DNA of 64,000 bases from positions 92,486-156,485 of the forward strand of contig RHPI01002955.1 of assembly GCA_009103225.1 (NCBI GenBank), in the 5' to 3' direction. The stretch comes from Chlorokybus atmophyticus. Taxonomy: Eukaryota > Plantae > Mesostigma and Chlorokybus algae. Made by a program: the position numbers and the translations under genes. The notes under the pieces are model-generated. The model ran no database searches and was not told the origin of the DNA. It saw only the letters and a program-made list of their open reading frames with translations. The number at the start of each line of letters is the position of its first letter. Position 1 is the stretch's first letter. This document shows, in pieces, positions 11,575-23,929 of this stretch.

Positions 11575-14500
11575 TACGGAGATTGCACAGTAGCAACAAT
11601 GACAAGCACAAGTGTGGCGCTGACAATAGAGCGGAGTGAATACAACTATATTGCACAACATACAGTATCTTATATAGTACACTAGCAAGTGCTAGTGAAC
11701 ACTAGTCAAAGTCAACACTAGTCAACACTGGTCAACGGTCAAAGTCAAAGTCAAAGTCAAAGGTCATAGTCAAAGTCAGCGTCAACGTTGACTAAAGTGG
11801 ACTGTAACTCCCATAATGACAATTGACCGTAACTCCCGAGGTGAAGATGATTGTAGAAGTTTAGCCAAGGCGCCTAACAAAGTACTTTTAACACTCTTAC
11901 GTGAGCATCTTTAGCCTTCAACTCCGAGCCCCGAGTAACAAGTTTTGAACTCGATTGGTGGTAGTGGTTTAGTCATGCAGTCCGCGAGCATGTCCTCCGT
12001 GCTGCAGTACCTGAACTCTACCTCGCCTCGAGCAACTCTCTCTCACCAAGTGGTGCATGATGTTGATATGCTTCAACTTTTGGCAAATGTAATGGGGTGC
12101 ATGCTTACCTTGAGCGCTCTTTTGTTGTCACACATAATTGTGACACGGCTCAATGCATGTCCCAAGTCAGTGACCAACTTGCGAAGCCATGATGCTTCCT
12201 TCACCGCAGCCGCCATGTACTCGGCCTTGGTGGTTGATGCAGCAAATGTTGGTTGTAGTCAGTTGTTCCAATTGACGACGCCTCTTCGCATAGAGTGTAT
12301 CCCGTGGTAGACCTCCGTGTGTCGAGGTCCCCCGCATAGTATGCATCACAGTGACCATGTAATGTGATGTCCTCCCAAAAGTAATGCCCACGTTCTGGGT
12401 GCTACCAAGGTAACGAAGAACTCCTTTTGCCGCCTTCCAATGCTTCATGGTTGATGCTGACATGTGTCTCGCCAAGACTCCCACGGCTTGTGCGATGTCA
12501 GGCCTCGTGCTGATGGACAAGTAGATGAGGCTCCCAACCAGCTCACCATATGGATTTGTAGCCTTGTTAAGCACAACGGTAGTGTCTTGTGCCGTGAGTA
12601 GATGTACTCCCATGCTCAGTGGTGTTGCCTTGCCCTTGGCGCTTTGCAACTTAAACTTCTTGAGGACACCTAGGACCGTCTGCTTCAAGTGCTCTTGATT
12701 GTCCTTGCAACTCTGTCTCCGGTGATGACAATGCTGAGGAACAGGCATGCATTGCCAAAAGTCGAATTACAAAAAGATTGCAGTGTCACCTTGATGTGTG
12801 ACATTGCTGCAGTGTCATGTGATGCCAAGATGATGTCGTCCACGTACACCAGCAACCACACATGGCCGTCATCACTGATGAAGAGCCCAGGATATGATTA
12901 TGCTTGTTGAACGCCCCTTCTCTAGCATTTTGCTGAGCCGTATGTGCCAGACTCTTGGCGCTTGCCTAAGCCCATAAAGAGCCTTATGTAGCAAGCAAGC
13001 CTTGCTTGAGCCTCACTCCTCGTAACCTTGAGGCTGCTGCACGTGGATCTGCTCATCCAACTCTCCATAGAGAAAAGCAGTCTTCACATCCAGGTGGTGC
13101 AGCTCCAAGTCCTCTACAGCAACATTTGCAAGTAGTGCCCTGAAGGTTGTGTGCTTACTAGCAGGCACAAACACCTCCTTGTAGTCAACGCCCTCCTCTT
13201 GTAGGAAGCCCTTTGCCACAAGTCCCGCCTTGTAGCGCTCCACGTTGCCCTTGACATCACGCATGATCTTGTACACCCACTTGACAGGTATAGGCTTGAC
13301 GCCTTATAGAACCTGATTAGGTACCCAAGTCTTGGTAGCGTGTAGCAAAGCAATCTCCTCGTCCTTGGACTTACGCCATAATTCAGCATCGATAGCTGTA
13401 ATGGCCTCATAATAGGTGCTTGTCTCCTTCTTCTCAGCGGCTTCAGCACTCATGGCCTAAAACCTTTGATAAAATTGTGGTGGCGCTCTGTTTCTCATAG
13501 GGTAGCGCCTCTCCTGCTCATCCGCAGGTGTTGTTAAATGTTATAGCTTGTTGAAAGTACATGTATAGGTGGCGCCTACATGTAGTTGGTACAATAAGCT
13601 TAACCTTTACAGATACGGGAGTTACGAGAGTTAGGAGAGTTACGGCAGTTACGGCAGTTATGGTCAACCGTGGTCAACTTTGACTTTGACCGTTAACTTT
13701 GACCATTGACTAGTGTTGACTAGTGTTGACTTTTACTAAAGTTGACTAGAGTTGACTAGTACTTAGTAGCATAGTATATAAGACACTGTATACTGCTTAA
13801 TACAGTGGGTCGCACATTGTCTCTATAGTTGGCCTGCTTGCTGCACTTGTCCTTAGTGTGTGCACACTTGTATGTAGGAGGCAAATACACACACACTAGG
13901 CGCATCACTAGTTCTCAACACAGGTGCAATCTTGTCCTCCTCAAGATGTGGCGAATTGCAAGGGACCTCCATATTGACAGGTGGTGCGGTAATGACATCT
14001 GGCTCATGAGCAATGTCAATGTCCATGGTTGCAGAAGTTGTTGTTGGTAAAGTTGCCACCATCTTCTCGCCGAAGACAACATCCCTTTCAACCATGATCT
14101 TCTTGCTGTCCTCAAGCAAGATCCTGTATGCCTTGGAGTTTACCTCGTACTTCACGAAGATGCCAGTCTCCCTCACATTTTTCAGCTTTCTCCTCAGTTG
14201 CTTCGGGATGTGTGGATACGCCTTGGCTCCAAACACACGCATGTGCGTCACAGCAGGCTTCCCACCGTAGAACAACTCCTACGGGGTGCGAATGTAGTTG
14301 GCCGTGACAAACGCCTCAGCCCACAAAGCTTTGTCCAGGTTTGTATCTGCTAGCATGGCACGCACGCACTCCATAAACCCGCGGTGAAGACGCTTTGCAG
14401 CACCGTTTTGCTCAGGGGTGTAGGGTGCAGTAGCCGCATGGTTGATGACGTGCTCGTCCTTGTAAATTTTCAAGGTGTGGTTGAGGTACTTAGAGCCCCT

Positions 14501-15873
14501 ATCACTTTTCAACGCCAACACCTTTGTCTTTGCTTGTGTAGCCAGTTGAGTGGGTGTTCTCTTTACTACAGCAGCAATATCCGACTTTGCAGCAACTGGA
14601 ATGATAGCAGACAGCTTACTGAAGTAATTTAAGAAAGTGGCAACATACTAACTCCCTCCAGTGGACGCACCTGGCATGGGAACGCACACATCCATGTGCA
14701 CGAGCTGCAAGGGTGCTGTACTGGTGCGAAAAGAGGTCTGAAAGGCTGCCTAGGCATTTTGCTCAACACGCACGTCTCGCACATATCACCTTGGCCTGCC
14801 TTAATGTCCTGTCCGCTTTTATGTCAATCCCTTCCACCATGTCCTTAGCCACCAGTTTTGCCAGGTTGTCCCATCCAAGATGTCTAAGTCTTTACTGCCA
14901 ATAATGAGCTGTGTCCGATGCAGTGACAGTCGCAGACAACGAATGCTAGCCATCCAGTATAATGTAGTACAAGCTCTGTCGCAATGTGCCCTCCACAACA
15001 ACAACGTTGTTCACCTTGACTTGATACTTTGGAGCAATGAAGTCAATTTTGACGCCTGCGCTTGTAGCTCTTCGAACGAAGAATAGGTTGGAAGCTAATC
15101 CCGGCACGTGGATCATCTCCTTCAGGGCCACTTCGTGTGTAGCGCCTGCCACTATAGTGTGTAGGATGACGGTGCCCACTGCCACAGCCTGCAAGTGCAG
15201 CTTGTTGCCAAAGCTCACTTTCACACCAGCAATATTGCTCAGAGCATGATATTCCTAGAAATCATGTCTGTGTGGGGTCATATGCTGTGTGCATGCAGAA
15301 TCGAACAACCATGCGCTCTCGATAGCAATGGTGCTAGCAGCAAGTGCTACAGCTTGCCTACCAGAACCTTGTTCCTGTTGCTAATCGCGCTTCAACTTTC
15401 GGCAGTCCTTCTTTAGGTGTCCTGCTTGTTGCAGTAGTGGCAGGTACGCGTCTCCTTCTTTCCACCTCCGATGTTGTTGTTACAACATGGATTGGATTGT
15501 GCCGCAATTGCCACAGCATCGGCCTCGTCCTGGCGTGAAGTGGATGCGCGTTGCTCGAATCAAAGTAGGCGTGGGGTATGGTCTTGAGGGTGAGCTCCAT
15601 ACTGGTTGACTCCATGATGGTGACAGTCATCTTGAACTCTTTGAGCAAGCCAGCAAGGTTGACCCAGACCACCTCCACCTCTTTCACATTATGTTCAATG
15701 GCAAGCAAGTCGTCCCAGCTGCCTGGCTCATGGTATAAACTCGATGACAGGTTCAACAATTCCTTCCTCAAAGCATTCAACTGCTTCATCAACTGCAACT
15801 TCTTAGTATTGTTCTTAGCCTTGTAAACCTCAGAGAACTTCTGCCACAATTCTTTAGCGGAGGGGATCCTCAT
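11575..15873 (-). mobile_element. 5'-truncated Ty1/copia: gag-protease-integrase-RT-RNaseH-3' LTR (about 11575-11893)
   Basis: gag AKELWQKF..LAGLLKEF; integrase LKSDRGSKY..YTPEQNGAAKR..LWAEAF, MRVFGAKAY; [57 protein letters not shown]; degenerate PPT at 11894-11905. The inner end of the LTR is approximate. Confidence 0.92.
13532..13920 (+). repeat. Solo LTR of family Y inserted antisense between copia integrase and RT
   Basis: TG..CA ends. CAGGTG on both flanks (13525-13530 and 13921-13926; one extra T on the left). TATATAA at 13775. Confidence 0.88.
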
Positions 15874-17647
15874 TGGGCTTGCGTCGGAAGCGTCTCAGTT
15901 CCTCAACCTTGCTGGTGGTCTGAGGAGGGAAGGTACGGCGCAGGGCAGCGTACAGGTCCTTGAGTGGAGAATCAGAGATGGCAGCACCTACGGTGATGGC
16001 TGGTGCGCGCAGTGCTACTGACCCGAGGGTGAAAGCGCTGCCTCCTGCACGAGAGCCAGGTGTTGCTGGAGGTAGAGGAGTACCCCACTCTGCGGCTGCC
16101 GCTTGCTGTACAGCTCTTTGTTCCTCAATGATGCTGGCAGAACGGTCAAGGATGCGGACTCGACGTGTGGCCTCCTTGGACTCAACTTCTGCAGGGGTCA
16201 AGTTGACAAGTACCAACTCTGGTTCCTCCTCCTCTGCCTGCTTGAGAGCTGCAGCTATGGTCAAGCCTGTTACTGCAACTGAAGTGACAGGTGGAATGAC
16301 ACCTGCTGGACGGTGCAGGGATGCAGATGCTATGGTGCTGGCAAGCTCGCCATAGCCGTCTACTCGATGCAGTTCAGCAACGGACTTCCAGACGTCGTGT
16401 GCTTCATGATCAAGATACTGAGCAGCAATGTGGAAAGAGATCTCATCTGACCAGTCTTTGTTCTTCAGTGCTTGTTGCCGCATCTTGGAGTGGAACTTGA
16501 TCATGAACTCATCCAGCGAGGTGGTGCCGGCACGTCCGGAGAAGCGTAGGGATGTGGTTGAACTGGAAGATTCCATCTCGTTGTCGTCGCTGTCCGATGA
16601 TAGTGGAGAAGCTGGATGACGAGGAGTAGAGTGGAGCGGGGTGAAGCTGGAGATGGAGCGCGAGCCTCTGCTGCTGCGGTCGATGCTTCCGTCACTGGTC
16701 CGCTCGTAAGTGAGGTTGGTGGTTGGGCTCCAACTGCTGAGGTCACCCTCGTCTATTGGGGAGAACGGGGTGGGCCTGCTCATACAGCTGGTCCAGTGGT
16801 GAAAGGGTAGAGTGCTTGTGCTCTACCGTCTATCCTGATGCTGTTACCACCAAACACACTAGTGCTTGTGCGCACTATGTGATGACAATGATAACGAATG
16901 CCCAGCGATGTATCCCTGGGTGCAGACTGCACTATCTGATGCAGATTGCAACACACTCACTTGTGCAAAGAGGGTGACACTGTAAGTCAACAAGCCACTA
17001 CGATAGGTAGTGCTGTGGACACAGTTCTTTGCATGAGTGGATAGAATGATACACTGTTAAGTGAGGTGAATGAGTGTGCAACACGTGGATACAACACCCT
17101 GACTACTGAAACAACACACCACCGTCAAGCTCACAGCAATGACAGGCACAGCGCACAAGAGCATGCACCGTGTCTCACGCAGTAAGGGAATTCTTGGCAA
17201 CCGGGACAGCGTGCTTCCAGTTCAAGTCGCTTCACAAGCTCTTTAGAAACAGAGTCTTTACTTCTTAGTACTCCTAGTACTCACAGTACTCACTTACAGT
17301 GTCACCAGCCAGTCTGGTGACGTGACTTCCTACTTATACATGTCAAATCATGACCGTGCAGTGCCACGCGGGCACTAGGCCAACGGTCACATCGAGGCCT
17401 CATGCTATTTCGGAATTCTCCTAAGACTCGATATAGCACATGTGTCTTTAACAGACTTACAACTGATCAGCTACGCGCGGTCCCTACAGACAGGTCTATA
17501 AAGTAGCCCTAGCTACATGCTACATGAGTGATACCGTAGCTAGCAGTAGGCTGGAGCTCGCGCGGTCTTCATGCTGGTAGCCCGGGCGTGGGGCTGGGTG
17601 TAGGCATGCTTGAGAAGAACTGGCATGCGAGGGTAGATGGCATGACA
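15854..17647 (-). mobile_element. 5' fragment of DNMT/PHD-group element: terminal repeat A (17647 to about 16985) plus gag-like ORF (16783-15854)
   Basis: Repeat starts TGTCATGCC and is homologous to 30663-31266. The ORF (FSGRAG..DEFMIKF..AAQYLD..PLKDLYAALRRTFP..KVEELRRFRRKP) aligns by eye with the gag at 22730-23480. Confidence 0.8.
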
Positions 17648-17799
17648 AGGGAGAGCCCCTTGAACAACTAAACTAGGCACCCCACACACGAGAGTCGAGT
17701 ATGCACATGCTGAGCTGCTCACATGTTGAGGCCGTTCGTATACCCTCTCTTTGCTGCTCTCCGACCTAGAACATCCAAGTCCAAGGCTACATGCCTTGT

Positions 17800-18000
17800 C
17801 ATGGCTGCGTTGACCACAACTCATGTCTAGGGCTGCCACATCAGCCCTTGGACCTCTTTCAACGCCCAAGACTGATCACACATCAGCCTCGGACATTGTA
17901 AACGTCCCTAGGCTGGTCACATCAGCCTAGGACATCACACACATCATCCTTGGACGTTGTGAACATCCTTGGCTGGTCACATCAGCCTAGGACATCATAC
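17800..18000. repeat. CATCAGCCTAGGAC minisatellite with internal hairpins, followed by an RY-rich (ATGCAY) tract to about 18190
   Basis: About five CATCA(G/T)CC(T/C) cores; CCTAGGCTG-gtcacat-CAGCCTAGG inverted repeat. Confidence 0.65.
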
Positions 18001-18978
18001 TCATGCATACATATGCATACTCATGCATACATATGCGCGCATATGCACACATATGCGCATGCATGCAAATACATGCATACATCTAGTACATACCTCTCAT
18101 GCACGCATATGCACTCATATGCGTACATGTGCACACATATGCAAACACATGCATACACATGCGGACATATGCACACATATGTCTCTGTACATCACATGAT
18201 GTCTCATCTGCTATGATCAGCCCTGTGCTTGCCATCATGCCTTGTGTAGTTCATCATGCTCAAGGCCGCACAGGCTCTGGAGCAGACCTACATGAGAGCA
18301 CACCCACAAGCACTACACACGCTTGCGTAGTGTGGGTCCCCACTTGGTCTCATCTTACTTACCACATAAGTAAGGGACAGAGAATGGCTTTTGCCTGCCC
18401 TGTGGGCGTGACAACAGTAATGCTATCACTGTTTCGTGACTTGAATGCATGCTCATTATGCATGCTTAGCCATGCAACTCAAATCTTAGACATTCGATGC
18501 ATAGTGGACAAATGACCCCGAACCACCACCTTATTTCCCCACCTTCCAAGCCACAGGTACTCTAGTGCGTCTATGATAAGCCTCATTGTGTGCAATGAAA
18601 CGAACATATTACATGGGCGCCAACCGTTGTAGTGTGTAGTGTCCAGTTATACTCCATCAAAACACGATTATACAGTGGGATGTACACATGCCATGTCCCC
18701 AAGAGCTATATGCTGTCTATTGTGCTCGTGAAAGGAGGGTGCAATTGCCTTAATGTACCGGTAGTAAACAGTGGTATCCATCTTCATGTATGCGGTGCTT
18801 GTATCAATGAGAGATTCCATTCTCCCTGGAAATGAATTTCTAACACACAGGAACCCAAGCAGACATAGAATGAGATTCCCCAATCCTGGTGAGATTCCTC
18901 CACCGCCAGGTTAGTAAGCGGATTAGTAAGCGGAGCACGACGCCAAGCTCTAACTCGGACACAGTAGCACACAAACAG

Positions 18979-19023
<45 letters not shown>

Positions 19024-19041
19024 CTCTAACTGCACGTCATC

Positions 19042-19311
19042 ATGGGCAAGGATGAAGCGGCGGAGGGGTGCAGCAACGGCGTTGTTGTTGACGTCGTCGT
19101 CAACAACAACGACGACAACAACGGCATGCTGATAACGCAGGACGACCCCCTCAGCAGCGCCGTCCGCCCCCAGGCGCCTGCAGGCGACAACAACAGCGAC
19201 GACAACGGCTATGCTGGCCAGGCCGCCTCCACTGGCGCCGGTCCCAGCGGCAAGGAGGCGGAGGACAGCGAGCAGGAGGAGGGCGAAAACTCTGAGAGCA
19301 AGCACAAACAG
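19042..19311 (+). pseudogene. Orphan exon 1 of RING-CH E3 ligase paralog (MGKDEA...)
   Basis: Same as exon 1 of the copy at 37391. GT donor at 19312. Truncated at the N at 19361. Confidence 0.65.
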
Positions 19312-19457
19312 GTGGGGACGCATTTGCACAGCGAGGATGCATAACTGCGCGCGCGCACACNAACGGCGGATGAGTTGCATGCATATGTGCGTGTGCATAC
19401 ATGCGGGTGCGTGTGCAGGCGTGCATGGTATGCAATCCTCACATGCATGCTGCTTAC

Positions 19458-21119
19458 CACTGACCAGCATCTGAAGAGCTCTCCATCTAGAGTGAACGAT
19501 AAGCCCTCCCACATAATGAAGAGGACGCAGAACAATGCAAGTATGCCACCAGCATTAGAGCAGCTGCATTCAGTAATTGAGGGCATGTTTGGTTCAATGA
19601 GGGACCCAAATACTGCGAGACGGGCTTGCCATCACACGCACGCACCAACGCAACCCCCACACACTCTACAACCACCTTGGTGATGCATGATTTGGTTGAG
19701 CGTTATTTGTGGCGTTGTTGTTGACGTCAAGGTGGTTGGCTGCTGCGGCAGGAGGCAGCTGGTTGTGATGATGACTATTGTTATTGGTGATATTGTTGCC
19801 GGAATATTCCTTGTTGCTTTGAGTGAACAAGGTAATATCGACCGCGCGGATGTTGGCAACTATCTGCCCACATATCTCGCACTCGTGTGTTTTGCGCTTG
19901 GCGAGCCAGCCCAACGCGCACGCGTAGTGCGCAACCGCCATGCCGCCACGGCAACCGCACCTGTGCATGCGCATGTGCCACAATAAACATGTGCTCTTGC
20001 GCGCGCGCGTGTGTGTGTGTGTGTGGACATGTGCGTGCATGTGCGCTCGCAAGAACAAGGCACACATGTGTGCACTTGTACAAGCACACGCAGATATGCC
20101 CACCAGTGGCATATGCAAACACGCACACACACACTACTTACCTCAGCTGCGTAGGGTTTGTAGCGCACTCGCCCGCTGGCCTGGCGCAGTGCGGCCCACA
20201 CGCCATGAAGTGCCACAGGTCATGCCCTTCCTCCTGTGTGTGCGCGCGTGTGAATGTGATGTGTGACACATGTTATAGCCACCACCACCGCAACAACAAC
20301 AACAACGCGCGCACCTGCAGGGACTGCATTGCAGCGTGCGGCATCAGTGAGGCGGGTTCACACCCTTCGAGGTCCACACCAAGACATATGCGGCAAGGGA
20401 GGGGATAGGCCTGCGCGTTGTGTTGTGTTGTGTCCCGACATTAGAAACATGCAACACATGACACACATGCAAGATACATGCACGTAAGAAACAATACCAG
20501 ACATATATACTGAAGAGATACATTGCTATACATACATATAACCCTAAGTTGAGCATGACTTGCGTCTACAGGGCTGCATGTGGATTGTCAAGATTAGTAT
20601 TGCTTCGCCATTTTGATTCAACCATGTCAGCCTTGTAATGTGATCATTAGTCCCACTTTGGACTGGTATGACCACAAGATTGCACAAAGCCGTTAAACGG
20701 CTGATGCAGCCACATCACAGTGGGGGCATAACTCAGCAAGGAATATTTCGTCTGAGCAATGCACTGTCTGGCTGCAGCTGTTGTGCCTGCGGGCATGTAG
20801 ACATGGACATGGTGTGTGCCATTATGCATCTGTATGCGGCTGTGTGCGTATGCATCCCCACCACCTTGTGCTTGCTCTAAGTCTCAGCGCCTCCGCCCTC
20901 CTGCTCGCTGTCCTCCGCCTCCTTCCCGCTGGAAGCGGCGGTCTGGACATAGGTGTTGTCGCCAGCAGGCGCCTGGGGGCGGACGGCGCTGCTGAGGAGG
21001 TCGTCGTTGTGCATTATCAGCTTGCCCATGTCGTCGTGGTTGTGGACGACGACAACGCTGTTGTGGACGACGGCAACGCTGTTGCTGCACCCCTCCGTCG
21101 CTTCATCCTTCCCCATCAT
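19458..21119 (-). pseudogene. RING-CH (RINGv/MARCH-like) E3 ligase paralog A. Exons 21119-20865, 20410-20315, 20233-20142, 19960-19676, 19612-19458.
   Basis: Spliced CRIC..RCGCRGGMAVAHYACALGW..CEIC (C4HC3) with GT-AG introns; TM segment GILALFCVLFIMW. TAG in exon 1 (20880-20878) and a stop in exon 5. Confidence 0.82.
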
Positions 21120-23929
21120 AATGTGGGGTTGAAGCCACGATCAGGCCGCTCTCTCTGTCTCTCTCTCTGTCAGAGCTTAGCGGCGTGCACCTCTTACTAA
21201 TCCTCTTACTAGTCTGGCGGTGAAGGAAGGAATCTCTCTCACTCTGTGCGGTTCCTGTATCAGAGGGAATCATTCCAGATGAAGGGCGAAATGTCACACC
21301 AATACTAGCACCGCATATACGAATATTCTTGTATGTTCTGCTTGCCATGCGCATGCATGAAGGTGGATACTGCTTTTCGCTACCGGTGCGTCAAGGCAAT
21401 GACACAATGAACGCACTAGAGTGCCTATGGCTTAGAGCAATGGGGAAAAAGGGTTGTCCGGGTCAATTGTGCAGTATGCGTCCGGTGTTTATATGCACTC
21501 GGATTAGTTAACATATGAGTTGCAAAAAAGCTAAGCATGCATAATTATCATGCGCATTCAGGTCATATAATAGTGTTTTCGTGAATACCAAAAAATATTC
21601 AAAAGGTTAATTTACTCAAGCAATGAGATGATATTATCATTGAAACATGCACATATTTTGCATGTTGCACGCTATCGTTAACCTTTATATACCGTGTCAC
21701 AACGGTGACCCTCAACACCCACTTCTCTCTCGCACTGCACACTACACCAAAGACTGTCCTGATGGTGCCTAGATCTCTCAACCCGCTTTCAAATTGCCAG
21801 CAACATCTCTGCCAAACGGGACGCAGCCCTTATATTAGCGGGCCGCGCCTACAGCCACCTGCCAGTATGGGTCTCGACCAATCAGGACGCGGTCAACATG
21901 GCGACGGGCCGTGTTGACAGCCGACGGAGGTGAAGCCCGCAGCAAGCATCGAAAGTGAGTTGCTAGTAGACGAACTTGAGCAGAAGTGGCGGTGGCACCG
22001 CCAGAGACTAACCGTTGGCCCACATTGGAGCCGATGAGCGCCCGAGGCTTGATGGAGTAGAGCCCCGCAGTACAAGTAGTTCAGTGATAGTTGAGTACGT
22101 GCTGTTAGTAGAGCAGATATTCCGACAAACTGTCGTGTTTCCACGGATTGGCCTTCGCCCGTTGCCCGCAAAAAGTGCACACTTGCAAGTGTACACTCTT
22201 TGCTCATGGTTGTGGCCATCGCATTTGCTACTTGCACACTACATCATTCTTACACAGCTGCAATGCTTGCTCGCACCCCACTTATTGTTCAGTCGTAACC
22301 ATGCTTGCTCACACTTGCACACTTGGTGCTTGTGGTGTGTGATCTCGTCTCACTTGGCTACACATCCCCGCACACATACATTGCGTGACCACTGTGTCCA
22401 TTTTCCAAGCGTCCTTGCTTAGGAGCTTGTTGACTTGCAACTCACGGCGCTTGCATTATTGTTTTCGTTGTATGCACTTGCATTTGCCTTGTTTGTGCTC
22501 TTTGCGCGCGGTGTGCATGCCTCACAGGAGTCAAGGACTCAGCTGGGGAGCCTGCAAAGCAAGGTCACTCAGGGCTTGAGGCAGGCTAAGTTCGCTACAT
22601 CCCTGGTAGGCGTTGCCCCAGATTTTTCCACTCTAACAGCTGATAAAGTGGGTATTGACAACCCACTTGCTGCTGCGAGTGACTGTCTTCCTTCCATTGT
22701 CGACCTTAGTTGTCGATAGCGAAGAAGACATGGCTGCTTTAGATGGCAACCGCAACAATAGCGGGAGCATCAGTGGCAACCGGAAGCTCGTTTTCATTGG
22801 AGCTGCAAACTCCATCTCTGTGAGGGAATGGATTAATCGCTTCAACATCAAGATCCGAGCCAGCATCACCTGAATTGATCACCAGGAGTTCCGTCTTACT
22901 GCTGACTATTTGAATGACGTCGCTGCAGCCGTGTGGCATGAAGTCGCCACCGCACACGGCCTTCTCGAAGACGAAAAACTTCTCCGCTCTAGCTCAGGCC
23001 CTGGTTGTAATAGTAACACTGGCACCGTTACACTGGTCCAGCCATCTCGGCTGCGGGAAGATTGGGCGCCCCACGCGCGCTGTCTGTGGCGCCAAGAGTG
23101 GTCTTGCGTCCTCCCGAGAAGCTACTCTCTCTCAAACAGAGGTCACGAACACCGGGAGCAGTGCGTCTAATACTTCTACCACCACCGCCGCACCCTTTTT
23201 AACACCCACCGATGAAACCCCTGCGGGTTACGCTATCATGTGCAAAGCAGCTGTTACCGCCAACGCACTCGCATTAACAACGGCTATTAACACCACCGCC
23301 CCTCCAGCAGCACGTCAGCCACCTGCTGCTGTGGACCTGGCTACTACAGCAGCGCCGCTGTTACCATTGAAAGATCTCATCACGCGTCTGAACCACCGCT
23401 TCCCTGCCAACACTGTCAAGAAGCCCCGAGAGCTCATCTGGCTTAAACGGAAGCACAAAAACTCCCATCCATGACGAGCGCATCGTCAGGCTGGTCGACG
23501 AGACCACCTTAGGCGGTATGCCCCTTGTCAATGTTCAGCACTTGGCCATCGTGCATGTGGAGAATCTTGAGGAAAATCCTTGCAAACACGTGAATACTGA
23601 TCTGGACGGCACACCAGGCACACCTGGCTACTCGATGTGGCAAGCATACACCAGCGCCATACATTGGCAAGAAGAGATGGTATTGGAGTAGGCAGCCATG
23701 AAAATAAGTGGCCTGGCACGTTGGAGAAGCAACACCACTCCAGCCTCGAATTTCGCCCCGCCCGCGAACCCTCGCGCTGCCCACGCCGTCGTGCGCATGG
23801 AAGACAACCCCACCCGACTTGTCACGCGTGCGGCAAGGCAGGGCACTTCATCGAACAATATCCCATGCAACGAGCAGACGTCCACTGCAACCACTGTGGC
23901 ATGGACGGGGCACCTGAAAGTGCTGCGCT
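20440..23929 (+). repeat. Segmental inverted repeat copy 1 (about 3.5 kb); partner 60534-64000, continuing beyond the window
   Basis: Many ORF translations are identical on opposite strands. Breakpoint at GTGCTGCGCT (23929/60534). Confidence 0.95.

Larger units (their letters stand above)
17648..19360 (+). repeat. Segmental direct repeat copy 1 (about 1.7 kb), near-identical to 35988-37709
   Basis: Identical ORF translations recur at an offset of about 18.34 kb. This copy ends at the N at 19361. Confidence 0.95.

Noticed and set aside
17800-18000. CRISPR-like repeat/spacer appearance
   Set aside because: Eukaryotic context, variable repeats, non-unique spacers and no cas genes; it is a minisatellite.
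17950-18216. His/Met/Cys-rich ORFs suggesting metal-binding peptides (also 36243-36557)
   Set aside because: By-product of the low-complexity ATGCAY/ACAC tract.
21695-22730. A defined 5' LTR end and PBS for the TGTCACAAC subfamily
   Set aside because: No second direct copy in the window and no clear tRNA-complementary site; the boundary is undetermined.
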